A stretch of DNA of 64,000 bases from an uncultured virus (IMG/VR IMGVR_UViG_3300027996_000020) (lineage: Duplodnaviria; Heunggongvirae; Uroviricota; Caudoviricetes): IMG/VR virus record IMGVR_UViG_3300027996_000020; one strand, written 5' to 3'. Shown piece after piece: positions 47,536-57,420 of the stretch. Every line of letters begins with the position of its first letter. The first letter of the stretch is position 1. The translations under genes and the position numbers were made by a program. Under the pieces are notes generated by a model. That model saw only the letters and a program-made list of their open reading frames with translations, made no database searches and was not told the origin of the DNA.

Positions 47536-47751
47536 TTAGTTGACGCCGTCGTTTGTCCAACGATATTTATCATCGCCAACGATAAGCTCCATTGTGACGG
47601 TTGAACCTCCGTTTCCGGTGTCTTCGTTGGAAACCCAGGTCCAACCACCATTTTCAAAGCTCGCAATAGCGTCTGAAAGGCGATCCTCTGAGGTGAGTTG
47701 AGTAGTCGAGGCGATCGCGCCGTTGATAATGAGAGTGAGGTAAAATAGCAT
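47536..47751 (-). CDS. hypothetical protein
   Basis: GGAG SD; downstream of triple-box promoter 47841-47895. Confidence 0.55.
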   Translation of the reverse strand: MLFYLTLIINGAIASTTQLTSEDRLSDAIASFENGGWTWVSNEDTGNGGSTVTMELIVGDDKYRWTNDGVN

Positions 47752-48017
47752 AGGTTAAAGCTCCGATATTGGCGATGGTTCCGCGCGATTGGCGCGGGAT
47801 GGGGTGAAAAAAGAGAAGGGGGGAAGCGATTCATAAGTATATTATACCCCATTTTTCGATTAAGGTCCATCTTTATCGTGTCAAGAGAATGTCAAGGGGT
47901 TATTCTCGGCTTTGAAAGAACATAATCAAGATCACCACTGATGATGAAATTGCACAAGATGAGATCGCGATTAGAATGACTTCGGGGCTTATTGACATTT
48001 TTCTAATTGTCCTTTTA

Positions 48018-48242
48018 TTAAATCTCAGACAGAATTTTAAGTTGATTCGCCCTTGATCGGTTTTCTAAATACAACTTCTCAATGCGAAAGTAATCTTTTG
48101 GACCCTTCGCGCTATTATAAACCATGCGAGTCACCCAATGTGTAGGTTCCTCCTCCAGTATGAGGAGGTGCCAAATGCGAGTGTCCTCGGTAAGGATCGG
48201 ATTTGTAACTTCGATTAACATTCCTGGCTTTAAATCTTGCAT
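48018..48242 (-). CDS. small SH3/KOW-like hypothetical protein
   Basis: LKPGMLIEV. Confidence 0.6.
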   Translation of the reverse strand: MQDLKPGMLIEVTNPILTEDTRIWHLLILEEEPTHWVTRMVYNSAKGPKDYFRIEKLYLENRSRANQLKILSEI

Positions 48243-48286
48243 ATTGATTGTCTAGTGGATTAGATTAAAAAATTTGGCGAATAAGT

Positions 48287-48532
48287 TTATAATATCAGAC
48301 TGGCGGGGCTCAAAACTTCATAATAGGGCGCGCCATCGGGAATAAAAATTGTTGTAACCGCGTTGTTTTTAATGTAACTGCGCCCCGAAAAAAGAACTAT
48401 CACGCGAAAGCTGGCGCCCGGCTTCCTATATCGGTCATGATTTTTCGATAGCTCCACCTCATCAAATAATATATATAAAGCATCGGTCCTTATATACCGA
48501 ACGAGGTCGCCACATTGAAAATTATGCTCCAT
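48287..48532 (-). CDS. small SH3/KOW-like hypothetical protein
   Basis: FQCGDLVRY. Confidence 0.6.
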   Translation of the reverse strand: MEHNFQCGDLVRYIRTDALYILFDEVELSKNHDRYRKPGASFRVIVLFSGRSYIKNNAVTTIFIPDGAPYYEVLSPASLIL

Positions 48533-48600
48533 TCTGTAATAGATAGAGCCTTAAATCTCCTTTGTGACTTCATTTTTTTAATTCCTCGGTTTTAAACTCT

Positions 48601-50019
48601 TTAATCATCAATTGCGATTACTCTTTCGTTTGTCTGAAAGTAGGGGTGTTGAGCGCATTGTTTAGTGGTCATCCACATACGCTGAGACTTGCTCGGAACA
48701 GGCTTAGGAGCCTCCATATCCGTTAAGACGATATGCCCATCAAATTGGCGCGCATTGACCCACTTTGACGGCGCGTCAAAGCAGGTTCCACCGTATCTAT
48801 AACGGATCTTTTCATGACGTTCGCCCTTTTTCCAGATGTGAACGTGTTCCTCAGCAACCTCGGTATCAAAGGGAATAATCGTAAAGTCGGCAAGTTGCGC
48901 AAGTTTTTCAAGCTCGGCGTAAAAGATAACAAGCATCTGATCGGACACACTGCCTGATTGATCAATTGAAACCGCTATTTTCGCTTGACGCTTTGCTTTG
49001 CGGCCTGGATGGATATAAGCATAACGGCGATTTAATTTCTTAATTGTTGAGGTTCTATCTGCTCTTTGACTAGCCTTGACGAAGGAACGAAGGATAGCGC
49101 GCCAGTTGACTTTAGGCGTGATCGCCTCTTTGATCTGTCGTCGCATTCCAGAGGATACAGATCCAAAGCCCTTAGACTGTGCATCTACAAAAGCCTCTTT
49201 GATATTCTCCTTTAGGCGTTCCTCGGCGATCTTGCGTTTCTCATCTGTACCGCCAGAATCACCCCAATCGGAATGATCGCCATGACCCTCGGAAGGTGAG
49301 GAAGGACCGTCACTATCGCCAGATCCTTCACTTCCTTCCTCACCTTCGTCAGATTCGCCCTTGTTACCTTGACCATCACCGTCATCGGATTCGTCACTTT
49401 CTTCCTCACCTTTCGCCTGTCCATTACTATTCCCTTCGCCTTCGCTCTGCTCGCCTTCACTTTCACCGTCGTCATCACCGTCGTCATCACCGCCGTCGTC
49501 GCCTTCACACTCTGGAAGCATCGTAAGATATTCCTCAGCCGATAATCCTGGAGGAAACTCCACAAATGGGCCAACGGTCGGAAATAGGGCTTCTTCGGGT
49601 AACATCGTGGTCACCAATTGCCAGCCTGTGGGAGTTTCGGCGTGGTCAAAGGTTGAAAGATCGCTATTGATCGCTAAGTCGGTTGCGATATTCCATTTCT
49701 TTGACATCTTTCCAGATGGAAGGCGTGAAGTAACATGCAATAACACGATATGATAAAATTCATGGAGCAAAATACCCTTGACGAATTTCCGATCGCGCGC
49801 TAGGATTGATCCCATAAAAATTGGGTTATAAACCAGTTCAAACCGGCAACGCTCCTTATTCAGGCATACGCCGGCGGTAGGGATCCGCGTTGAAGCTACC
49901 TTATCCATGCGCCGCGACAATGCCGCAAAAAAGGGTTCATCCCTTAAAAGATCTACGATATGTTCATCAAGGTTAAAAGGTAAAATTTCAGTAGCGGGTT
50001 TGGTGGCGATAGTTGTCAT
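48601..50019 (-). CDS. DUF2201-type metallopeptidase-vWA protein
   Basis: LLHEFYHIVLLH, WNIATDLAIN; acidic G/D/E linker; DQSGS, GGT, LTD (MIDAS). Confidence 0.88.
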   Translation of the reverse strand: MTTIATKPATEILPFNLDEHIVDLLRDEPFFAALSRRMDKVASTRIPTAGVCLNKERCRFELVYNPIFMGSILARDRKFVKGILLHEFYHIVLLHVTSRLPSGKMSKKWNIATDLAINSDLSTFDHAETPTGWQLVTTMLPEEALFPTVGPFVEFPPGLSAEEYLTMLPECEGDDGGDDDGDDDGESEGEQSEGEGNSNGQAKGEEESDESDDGDGQGNKGESDEGEEGSEGSGDSDGPSSPSEGHGDHSDWGDSGGTDEKRKIAEERLKENIKEAFVDAQSKGFGSVSSGMRRQIKEAITPKVNWRAILRSFVKASQRADRTSTIKKLNRRYAYIHPGRKAKRQAKIAVSIDQSGSVSDQMLVIFYAELEKLAQLADFTIIPFDTEVAEEHVHIWKKGERHEKIRYRYGGTCFDAPSKWVNARQFDGHIVLTDMEAPKPVPSKSQRMWMTTKQCAQHPYFQTNERVIAIDD

Positions 50020-50138
50020 GTAGGAAGCTCCGATTTCTATATATATTATACATGATTTTGGTGTATTTGTCTATAAAATAATTGTCAAAAGAATGTCAAG
50101 GGGTTGGAGAGGGCCATAATCCCCCTCCAACCTGGGCT

Positions 50139-51299
50139 TTACTTCCCACCGAGAAGCTTAATAAACGCCCCAACCTTGCCTTGTTTGGCCAGTTCTTTAT
50201 GGAACGCGGAGCCATTGTCTGCTGAGATCTGGTTATTATCCTTCGTCAAAGTTGTGAACAACTTCATTCGAGCCTCAGCCGGTAGCGCGTCAAAGTAGGC
50301 GACCAAATTGATCATTCGAGGATCCTTGATTTTAGCAGAGAAAATATCACGCGCGTCCATCTTTTCAATCAGTGCAACGTGATCAACCAGCCCGAAATCT
50401 TTGGTTTTCTCAATCTTGCCATCATCCAGAATATCCTCAATGGTTACTTGACGCTCGAAATTCTCAACGAAGTCACGGAAGCAAACCGCAGCTTCAAAGC
50501 CGACAAATCCGTGGCTCAGGTTGAAAAGCAGACCAAGGTTTGCCTGTTCATCGTCGAGCATATTCACCTTTGCAAGCGTATTACTCAGGCGGTGCCATGA
50601 TCGACGCGATGGATATACTGTTCCTGGCTCAAATTCGCCCTTATGCTCCAAGTGATCGTGATTCTGGTTAATAAAGTCCCAAAGGATAGGGTGAACCTCG
50701 CCTTTCGCCCAGTTGAGCCAATCTTCAACGGAAGGTTCGACATCGAAAGTAACCCACCGATCAAGCTCAGCCGGATCCATATCGGCGACTTGATACTGAG
50801 CCGCGTGCACGCCGCCATTGACAGCGCCGAAAACTACGGTTCCTGGATGTAACTTCCAACCGTTGATCTGGCGGCTGTCGCCAAGTTGAAAAAATCCCTG
50901 GCGTACCTCAGTTGTACCCCGATCGATCTCATCGAGAAAAAGCACAACCGGCTCGGTGCATGCTTTTATAAGCCAAGCAAACGGGCGCAGGTTAGCGGCA
51001 AGCTGACCATTGACCCTAACCATCTCAGGACTCGGCAAACCCAGGAGGTCGCCCTCAGTCATCTGTGAGGCGCGTTGTTCAATAACGGGCAAAGAGGTTT
51101 CGCCCGCGCCCGCGCGAATCGCCCGCGTTTTTAATGCCTCGATATCCCACGTTAAATTGCTTGCGGATAAATATGCAATCCACGATTTACCAATACCGTG
51201 ACGACCACGGATAAGGACGGAATAAAGGTTGCTTTCGTCGCCCGATAAAAGGGCGGGAATCATTGAGAAAAGGTTAGCGAAGGTGATGGCGACGGACAT
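50139..51299 (-). CDS. MoxR-like AAA+ ATPase
   Basis: GRHGIGKS, DLLGLP, LFLDEIDR, MDPAELDR, PSRRSW. Confidence 0.9.
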   Translation of the reverse strand: MSVAITFANLFSMIPALLSGDESNLYSVLIRGRHGIGKSWIAYLSASNLTWDIEALKTRAIRAGAGETSLPVIEQRASQMTEGDLLGLPSPEMVRVNGQLAANLRPFAWLIKACTEPVVLFLDEIDRGTTEVRQGFFQLGDSRQINGWKLHPGTVVFGAVNGGVHAAQYQVADMDPAELDRWVTFDVEPSVEDWLNWAKGEVHPILWDFINQNHDHLEHKGEFEPGTVYPSRRSWHRLSNTLAKVNMLDDEQANLGLLFNLSHGFVGFEAAVCFRDFVENFERQVTIEDILDDGKIEKTKDFGLVDHVALIEKMDARDIFSAKIKDPRMINLVAYFDALPAEARMKLFTTLTKDNNQISADNGSAFHKELAKQGKVGAFIKLLGGK

Positions 51300-51415
51300 G
51301 AAGGGCTCCTAAGAATAAGTAGTGTCTGGCTCTGACTTGTATATATATTATACAGGATTTTGAAGGATTTGTCTATAGGTTAATTGTCAAGAGATTGTCA
51401 AGGGCGAAAAGGAAC

Positions 51416-52186
51416 TTATAAAGCTCCATTCCAAGACTTGCGTTTTTTATAAAGTTCTTTAATTGCGCGCCCGCTGCCAATGAGCCAATCCGTGGGTGGC
51501 GCATTTGTCGTTACTGGACTTTCAACTTCGCAAAAATAAGTAAAGCGATCGCTATATCGATAATGCGATCCGTCTTTGAATTGGCTGGCCGACGACTCAT
51601 CCAAAATTAGCTTTAAAAGCGCATGATCCCACGGCCATCCGCCTTCATGTACCCATGCGACATCGATCTTTGTTAGGGGCTTTAAACAATAAGGCGCGTC
51701 ATTATCAAACCAAGCATAGGTTCGATTCCAAAAGTTAATATTCTCCCAGCAGATCTGAGTTATAACCTGTGGAATTCGAAAAGTACCGCCTTCATAATTT
51801 TCCGGTTCAATGCGTTGCGTATGGCGTTCGCTGGAAATGATGGTTCCAACCCCGATCCCCAAAGCCTGAAAACGCTTATATATTGCCGCGCGAAAGATAG
51901 AGTTTTTCCCTTTAGTTATGGATAAATGCTCTTTTAAGTCTTTGCAGGTCGCTCGGTTGTGGCCAGAGTTGTCACAATATGAACAAGTACGATCTTTGCC
52001 TTTGCGCGCACGTTTGGCTTTTTTGGCATCATAAGATTGTACATGCCAATTGTTGGGATCCTCGGTGCGTAATTTTTCAATTTTATTCTTTAATACTGAA
52101 CAACTGGCTTTATTATGACCGCGTTGTCCACAATGGCGACAACGGACGGTTCGTTTATAGGCAGAATTTGGGCGGCGAATGGACAT
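51416..52186 (-). CDS. zinc-knuckle (2x CCHC) protein
   Basis: CRHCGQRGHNKASC and CSYCDNSGHNRATC. Confidence 0.75.
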   Translation of the reverse strand: MSIRRPNSAYKRTVRCRHCGQRGHNKASCSVLKNKIEKLRTEDPNNWHVQSYDAKKAKRARKGKDRTCSYCDNSGHNRATCKDLKEHLSITKGKNSIFRAAIYKRFQALGIGVGTIISSERHTQRIEPENYEGGTFRIPQVITQICWENINFWNRTYAWFDNDAPYCLKPLTKIDVAWVHEGGWPWDHALLKLILDESSASQFKDGSHYRYSDRFTYFCEVESPVTTNAPPTDWLIGSGRAIKELYKKRKSWNGAL

Positions 52187-52561
52187 ATTGGGAACTCCTA
52201 ATTTCTATATATATTATACCAGAATTTTCTGGTTAGGTCAAGAGAATAATTGTCAAGAGAATGTCAAGAGATTTTATAAAGTTTCAAACAGGATAAAATG
52301 ATCAAGTGGGGACGGTGGCGGCTTTCTCGGATTCCCGCCTTCCTATCTGCATAAACTTGTTGTTGGCGCTCTGATCGTCGCCCCCCCGATAATGGAGATA
52401 GAAAGTCCTTTATGCACCGCATCCACGATAAGCAACTTTCAACCCTTAGAATCGGGAGCCAGCCCTATACAGCAACGGGCTGGACTTTTTTATTAGGTGG
52501 TCCCCACTTGATCAATATGTTTTTGTCCTCGTAACATTGCGGATAAGTTAGTTTAAATCGG

Positions 52562-52846
52562 TTATATCTTCGTCCATCGGACACTTTTGTTTTCGAATAA
52601 ATCGGCGCTTTCGCTGATAAACACGGTAGATCCTGGCATTTGGTTGCAGCCACCTCGGCGAGAGCCTCGGTTCGTATAGGTGTTATACAATTTATAAAAT
52701 GTATCGTTGCCGCCGGGACAAGTAGCGATCAAAACTATATAATCCGCGATAAAGCCGGTGGCGGTTGAAGTCTCGCGCACACGATCGCCTGGTTTAAGGC
52801 TTTGAACCCCTGATTTGAAGGCGCCTGAAATCATAAAATTCTCCAC
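52562..52846 (-). CDS. small SH3/KOW-like hypothetical protein
   Basis: LKPGDRVRE. Confidence 0.55.
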   Translation of the reverse strand: MENFMISGAFKSGVQSLKPGDRVRETSTATGFIADYIVLIATCPGGNDTFYKLYNTYTNRGSRRGGCNQMPGSTVFISESADLFENKSVRWTKI

Positions 52847-53121
52847 TTCTTTCCGATCAGGGTGGCGCGGCGAAATCGCCAGTGATCTCCTGGCTTGAAA
52901 TAATCATTATGCAAGTCTGGTACGTTGTCGGGGCCATTGAATAATATTATAGCTTCAAGCCAACCTATCGTCGAATCGATGATAATATACCGCGCAATCT
53001 CCTTATCCTCTCCGCAGTTGTTTAAATGGTCACTCAAGAGATCGGACGACCATTTAACGGATATAATATCTCCGGTCTTTACTTGTGCTGCTTCTTCCTT
53101 CGTTTTCACAGTACCCTCCAA
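52831..53121 (-). CDS. small SH3/KOW-like hypothetical protein
   Basis: KTKEEAAQVKTGDIIS; paralogue of the next gene. Confidence 0.6.
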   Translation of the reverse strand: MEGTVKTKEEAAQVKTGDIISVKWSSDLLSDHLNNCGEDKEIARYIIIDSTIGWLEAIILFNGPDNVPDLHNDYFKPGDHWRFRRATLIGKKWRIL

Positions 53122-53354
53122 TAGCAGATACTTCTATTGTTCGACCACACAGAGCAATAGTAATCCGGCGTCATTCTAAAGGTTTCTCCTATATTTTCGT
53201 ATCCCCATGTTTCGTAATCGCTCAACAAAATGTAACCCTCCAACATCTCCTCGCGGACCTTCGTTAAAGCTACCCTTAAAACTTCCTTTTCGCCGTGTAC
53301 CTGAGAGATAACGTCCCCGACCTTTAATTGTGCGGTTTCTTCCTGCGTTTTCAT
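53106..53354 (-). CDS. small SH3/KOW-like hypothetical protein
   Basis: MKTQEETAQLKVGDVIS. Confidence 0.6.
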   Translation of the reverse strand: MKTQEETAQLKVGDVISQVHGEKEVLRVALTKVREEMLEGYILLSDYETWGYENIGETFRMTPDYYCSVWSNNRSICYWRVL

Positions 53355-53355
53355 C

Positions 53356-53946
53356 TTATCCTCGGTGTCTTTTGAGCCATCGTTCTTCGATCTGGATCGT
53401 GTTCGATTCACCGAAAGGAAGGATAGTGTAGGTTTTTCCTCCCTTAGCAGATGTTTTGACTTCTCCGTTATTATCGACGACCATAGCGATCCGATCTCTC
53501 AGGCGGTGATTTCTACTGGTTTTCCGAACCTTTACCAGCGAGCCGATTGCAAAGACTGGCTCGGAAGCGCAGGTTGCAAGCACCTTTTGAACATACTTGT
53601 TTTCGACCATCTTGCGATAAAGTTTAGCAGACGGAACATAAGTTTCATCCGAGACAATCTTAGCGGCGATCTCACCAAAATAAGGTGGATTTTGGAGATA
53701 GTACCCAGCAGCAACGCGAAGATTCTTAGCTTTCTCATCGGTCCAGCTATCGGTCCAATTTTGACGTTCAGCGATGACCTTCGGATCAAAACGGGCTTCC
53801 ATCCTCTCAAATGCCGACCATTGCTTAGGACTCAGGCGCCCCCATTTTTTGGTGCTTTCAAGTAGACTTTTGGCGAATGAGCGAGAAGAGTCGTTTAAAT
53901 CTTTGTTTTCAAGTAGTTTTTCAATTCGTTCAAGCTGCACAGGCAT
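53356..53946 (-). CDS. hypothetical protein with C-terminal SH3-like domain
   Basis: LSPKQ helical N-terminus; FAIGSLVKV C-terminal domain. Confidence 0.7.
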   Translation of the reverse strand: MPVQLERIEKLLENKDLNDSSRSFAKSLLESTKKWGRLSPKQWSAFERMEARFDPKVIAERQNWTDSWTDEKAKNLRVAAGYYLQNPPYFGEIAAKIVSDETYVPSAKLYRKMVENKYVQKVLATCASEPVFAIGSLVKVRKTSRNHRLRDRIAMVVDNNGEVKTSAKGGKTYTILPFGESNTIQIEERWLKRHRG

Positions 53947-54043
53947 ATTAGAGGATCTCCGTTGAATGTATATATATTATACAGGATTTTTCGACTGAAG
54001 TCAACAACTAAGTTGTCAAGAGAATGTCAAGAACTTTTAACGA

Positions 54044-54700
54044 TCACTTGGCGGAAATATAAAGAGTGCCCGTATAATAAACAGTAGACTTAGAATCTTT
54101 CCATTTTTTAAGCTCAATCGTGTTTTTAACTGTATATCCGCTGGCTGTTAATATATTTTCCATTTCTTTAAATATAGCAAAGATATAAGTGTTTTTATTT
54201 TTGTTAGCTGCCTTCATCGATGAATCTGAAACCCTGTAGTATCGAATTGGTCTGGAATGACGGACTTTGAGGTCGTCAAACTCCAGTGGCCCATATTGTT
54301 TCCGTAGATGTTTTTTTAAATTGCTAGAGTAACCAAACCAATCGTTCAGCAACCTTTCGTCTCTTAATACTTTTTCTATAAATCCTATCCAACCATTGTA
54401 TTCTCGAATATAGCTATTTTTATAATACTCTACTCCAGAATATCCGAGTAGTGCATCAGCACTAAAGTCCTTATCTGTATTTCTAACTCGTATCATGTGA
54501 CCCAAAATAGAATTCACAAGTGCATGTGAAAAACGATTCCAAATAGCACATTCGGCTTTTAGCTGATTTTCGGCGTCTTTGATCAAAGTTTGTGTGTGCA
54601 ATTTATTCTGATCTTCCAACTTTTTTAAAAACCGAGAAGGACTAAGAATTGAAGGCGATTCGGGTTTAAGGATTGTGAGGTTTGACATTGTGAGTTCCAT
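54044..54700 (-). CDS. hypothetical protein
   Basis: follows triple-box promoter. Confidence 0.65.
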   Translation of the reverse strand: MELTMSNLTILKPESPSILSPSRFLKKLEDQNKLHTQTLIKDAENQLKAECAIWNRFSHALVNSILGHMIRVRNTDKDFSADALLGYSGVEYYKNSYIREYNGWIGFIEKVLRDERLLNDWFGYSSNLKKHLRKQYGPLEFDDLKVRHSRPIRYYRVSDSSMKAANKNKNTYIFAIFKEMENILTASGYTVKNTIELKKWKDSKSTVYYTGTLYISAK

Positions 54701-54790
54701 TGTTTGGGTAAGTGGTTCAGGTTATATATGTATTATACACTATAGCGGCGATGAAGTCAACAACTAAGTTGTCAAGAGAATGTCAAGAGA

Positions 54791-54964
54791 TTATTTATCC
54801 ATATAAGTCAACCAATCCTCTTCGAAATCGTCATCGGATTCTATATAGTTAATCTCCAATGAGTTAGTCACGAATGACACAAGGTCATCCATTGTGAAAG
54901 TCTCGACTACCTCACGGGCAAGTCGCTCTCGGTTTTCTCGGTTATTTTCTGCGTCGGTTGTCAT
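54791..54964 (-). CDS. small acidic hypothetical protein
   Basis: GGAG SD; follows triple-box promoter. Confidence 0.6.
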   Translation of the reverse strand: MTTDAENNRENRERLAREVVETFTMDDLVSFVTNSLEINYIESDDDFEEDWLTYMDK

Positions 54965-55067
54965 TGAGTTCTCCGTGTTTTGTATATACATTATACACGT
55001 TTGAGAGGGGTTTGTCTATAAAAAAGTTGTCAAGAGAATGTCAAGAGGTTTATAAATAGTTTATAAT

Positions 55068-55316
55068 TTATCGCTTGTTCGGATGAAGTTGGTACCAACC
55101 TGGACCGCATGATTGTGAGCGTACAAGTAAAATATTTTCTGTACCATATGATTTTAGTATTTCATTGTGAGTTTTATCATATCCTCCCGGACCACGGGAG
55201 CGCAGGAGGACATCAGCACGGACTGAAAACCAAGTCCCAATCGGACCAAAATAGAGATCCTGTCCGTTGTCGAATTCGAAAGCCTGATCTCGGTTAATAT
55301 AAATTGATTCAAACAT
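55068..55316 (-). CDS. hypothetical protein
   Basis: GGAG SD. Confidence 0.55.
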   Translation of the reverse strand: MFESIYINRDQAFEFDNGQDLYFGPIGTWFSVRADVLLRSRGPGGYDKTHNEILKSYGTENILLVRSQSCGPGWYQLHPNKR

Positions 55317-55533
55317 TTATCTTTCTCCACTCTGAAAGGTTTGTAATTGTTAGGATTTTAACTGTATTAACGGGATAATTTCCCTCAAAGCGTTTATTGA
55401 AATTTCGGTTCAGCGTGATATGTAAGGTTACACCTCTGAAATCGGCGCCGAATTTGCTGTAAGCGTTGTGCTGTTTGGCCCAGCCGAGGCGATCGGTGCC
55501 AATCAAATCCCCAGGTTTAAACTGATTTTTCAT
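55309..55533 (-). CDS. small SH3/KOW-like hypothetical protein
   Basis: MKNQFKPGDLI. Confidence 0.6.
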   Translation of the reverse strand: MKNQFKPGDLIGTDRLGWAKQHNAYSKFGADFRGVTLHITLNRNFNKRFEGNYPVNTVKILTITNLSEWRKINV

Positions 55534-55723
55534 CCATAACCTTTAGGCCGAAGGCTGTAAGTTCCAACTCCTGACCAACCAATGATGAATTGTGAGGAGC
55601 GAAAATGCAGTAGATAACTGCTTTATTATAATATGAATTGTGAGGTGTGGTCTTGTGTTCCAAAACGATTCCGCGAATGCCATTCATTCTCTGCTCAACG
55701 ATTTGTCCAGGTTTAAACTGCAT
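55517..55723 (-). CDS. small SH3/KOW-like hypothetical protein
   Basis: MQFKPGQIV...RGIVL. Confidence 0.6.
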   Translation of the reverse strand: MQFKPGQIVEQRMNGIRGIVLEHKTTPHNSYYNKAVIYCIFAPHNSSLVGQELELTAFGLKVMDEKSV

Positions 55724-55973
55724 TTATGATTTCTATTTCATCCAGTGGCAACCAGCCGGCCCACTCAGTAGGATTTGGTATAGGCTCTAGCATAACACAT
55801 AAGCGACTTTCAAGCTCTCCTGAGCCTCTGAAGGCCCGTGGTGACTGTCTCACCACGAATTGCGGGCCGTGTTCTCTTATTCTATTGCGAGTGCGTGACG
55901 ATGCCTTTCTGTCCTTTCTGCGAAAGGTCAGAGTCACAGTATCACCATTTTTAAAAGGGGATTTCTTCATCAA
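55713..55973 (-). CDS. small SH3/KOW-like hypothetical protein
   Basis: FKNGDTV. Confidence 0.6.
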   Translation of the reverse strand: MMKKSPFKNGDTVTLTFRRKDRKASSRTRNRIREHGPQFVVRQSPRAFRGSGELESRLCVMLEPIPNPTEWAGWLPLDEIEIINAV

Positions 55974-56121
55974 TTTGCTCCTGCATCCATTGTGGGCATT
56001 CTTCCTCTATATCGAGGGGCATTGGATCATATGACCCGCCGAAATCATAGTTTTCTTCGTAGTATTCCTCAGAAGAAATAGTGTAAAGGTCTTTTAGGGC
56101 TGGTTCGTCACGATAAGGCAT
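55951..56121 (-). CDS. small acidic protein ending EEIPF
   Basis: AGGAG SD; SSB-tail-like C-terminus. Confidence 0.6.
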   Translation of the reverse strand: MPYRDEPALKDLYTISSEEYYEENYDFGGSYDPMPLDIEEECPQWMQEQIDEEIPF

Positions 56122-56194
56122 TTGAAAACGCTCCTTTGGTTGAAATGTACCTATATTATACACGATATTTTAGGTCAGGTCAAGAGAAAAGTTG

Positions 56195-56410
56195 TCAAGA
56201 GAGTGTCAAGACTAATTTATTAAATTGAAGGTGATCTCTCGCGTATACCTTAGCGTCCAAGGGTGTGGCGAAAGTGATGGGGGAACCGAATATATCTCTC
56301 ACAGTCAAACCGTCACAATACAGACGCCACTCGCGATCCATAACTTTAGCAGTATGAAACTGGGAAGTCTCACGCCACATATAAGAGGGGTCTGGAAGGG
56401 AGTAAGGCAT
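56195..56410 (-). CDS. hypothetical protein
   Basis: ORF. Confidence 0.55.
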   Translation of the reverse strand: MPYSLPDPSYMWRETSQFHTAKVMDREWRLYCDGLTVRDIFGSPITFATPLDAKVYARDHLQFNKLVLTLS

Positions 56411-56468
56411 TGTTTTCTCGCTTTTTTATCTTTTATTATACATATTATAACACTTTTAATTTATAAGT

Positions 56469-56723
56469 TTAAAAAAGATCTTTAATATTTTTCATTGAAT
56501 CATAGTCTTTCTGAAACTCTGAGCGTGATTCATGGCTGTCAAACTTAATAATTTTAACGGGAGCGCCGGCTGAACCAGTCACACCAAAATGTTTTGGCTC
56601 TGATTGATCGCCGCCCAGTTCTTCAACGCAGTCTGGACACTCATTTATGTAGCCTCCGACCTGCTTTTTCAGCCGAGAGTGTAAGTTAAATTCAATGTTA
56701 CAATGTTTACAAGTTTTGATCAT
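56469..56723 (-). CDS. small Zn-ribbon protein
   Basis: CKHC...CPDC. Confidence 0.65.
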   Translation of the reverse strand: MIKTCKHCNIEFNLHSRLKKQVGGYINECPDCVEELGGDQSEPKHFGVTGSAGAPVKIIKFDSHESRSEFQKDYDSMKNIKDLF

Positions 56724-56919
56724 GTTTTCCTTCATGTTTAAGTGATTTGTAATATCTTTCCATAATTCGACGACTTTCGCCAAAAGCTTTATAAAGATTC
56801 CATGGCTTCTGCGGTGCATAAAAAACGTAATGCACGAGATTTAAGCGATCTATCTCGATTATGATAGACCTGAGGCAAGATTCCTTATCCTCAATGATTT
56901 GACCTAGTTTAAACTGCAC
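56707..56919 (-). CDS. small SH3/KOW-like hypothetical protein
   Basis: QFKLGQII. Confidence 0.6.
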   Translation of the reverse strand: MQFKLGQIIEDKESCLRSIIIEIDRLNLVHYVFYAPQKPWNLYKAFGESRRIMERYYKSLKHEGKHDQNL

Positions 56920-57172
56920 TTTCGACTATCCAAAAACTTGGCCAGTTTTTCCGTTGTGCGCTGGACTGATCTGCGAGCCAATCTTTTTTGATAAAGCGCG
57001 TTTCTCCTGGCTTTTCCCTAATATCAGGACAGTCATTGTATATACACAAGCATTGCCAGTGCATATTTTGATAGCCGCCTTCGGCAAGTATTAAATAAGA
57101 CGAAAACAATCTGTCAGTTTTCCATACACAATACTCGTTAATGATTTGTCCAGGTTTAAAGTGATTTTTCAT
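56909..57172 (-). CDS. small SH3/KOW-like hypothetical protein
   Basis: MKNHFKPGQII. Confidence 0.6.
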   Translation of the reverse strand: MKNHFKPGQIINEYCVWKTDRLFSSYLILAEGGYQNMHWQCLCIYNDCPDIREKPGETRFIKKDWLADQSSAQRKNWPSFWIVESAV

Positions 57173-57180
57173 TTGCCACC

Positions 57181-57339
57181 CTATAACTCCACTTCGGCAA
57201 CTCTTAACAATTCCTGCTGAAACTCTATGGCTTCTTCCAGAGTTTTAAACTCGGCTTCAACGCAATCGGTGGTCACGTTTTCACACGCTCCATCGATTTG
57301 TTTTTCAACTTCAATCCAAATTTTGTAAACAGCTTCCAT
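57181..57339 (-). CDS. small hypothetical protein (52 aa, not in ORF track)
   Basis: MEAVYKIWIEVEK...; GAGG SD; first gene after triple-box promoter. Confidence 0.55.
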   Translation of the reverse strand: MEAVYKIWIEVEKQIDGACENVTTDCVEAEFKTLEEAIEFQQELLRVAEVEL

Positions 57340-57420
57340 TGGGTAGACCTCTCGTTTATTTGTACCTATATTATACAGTAGATTTCGGTTCGTGTCAATA
57401 AGAAAGTTGTAAAGAAAATG

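Noticed and set aside
47385..47870. 5' extension of the 258-aa ORF 47094..47870
   Set aside because: It starts inside a triple-box promoter and overlaps the better-supported 47536..47751 gene.
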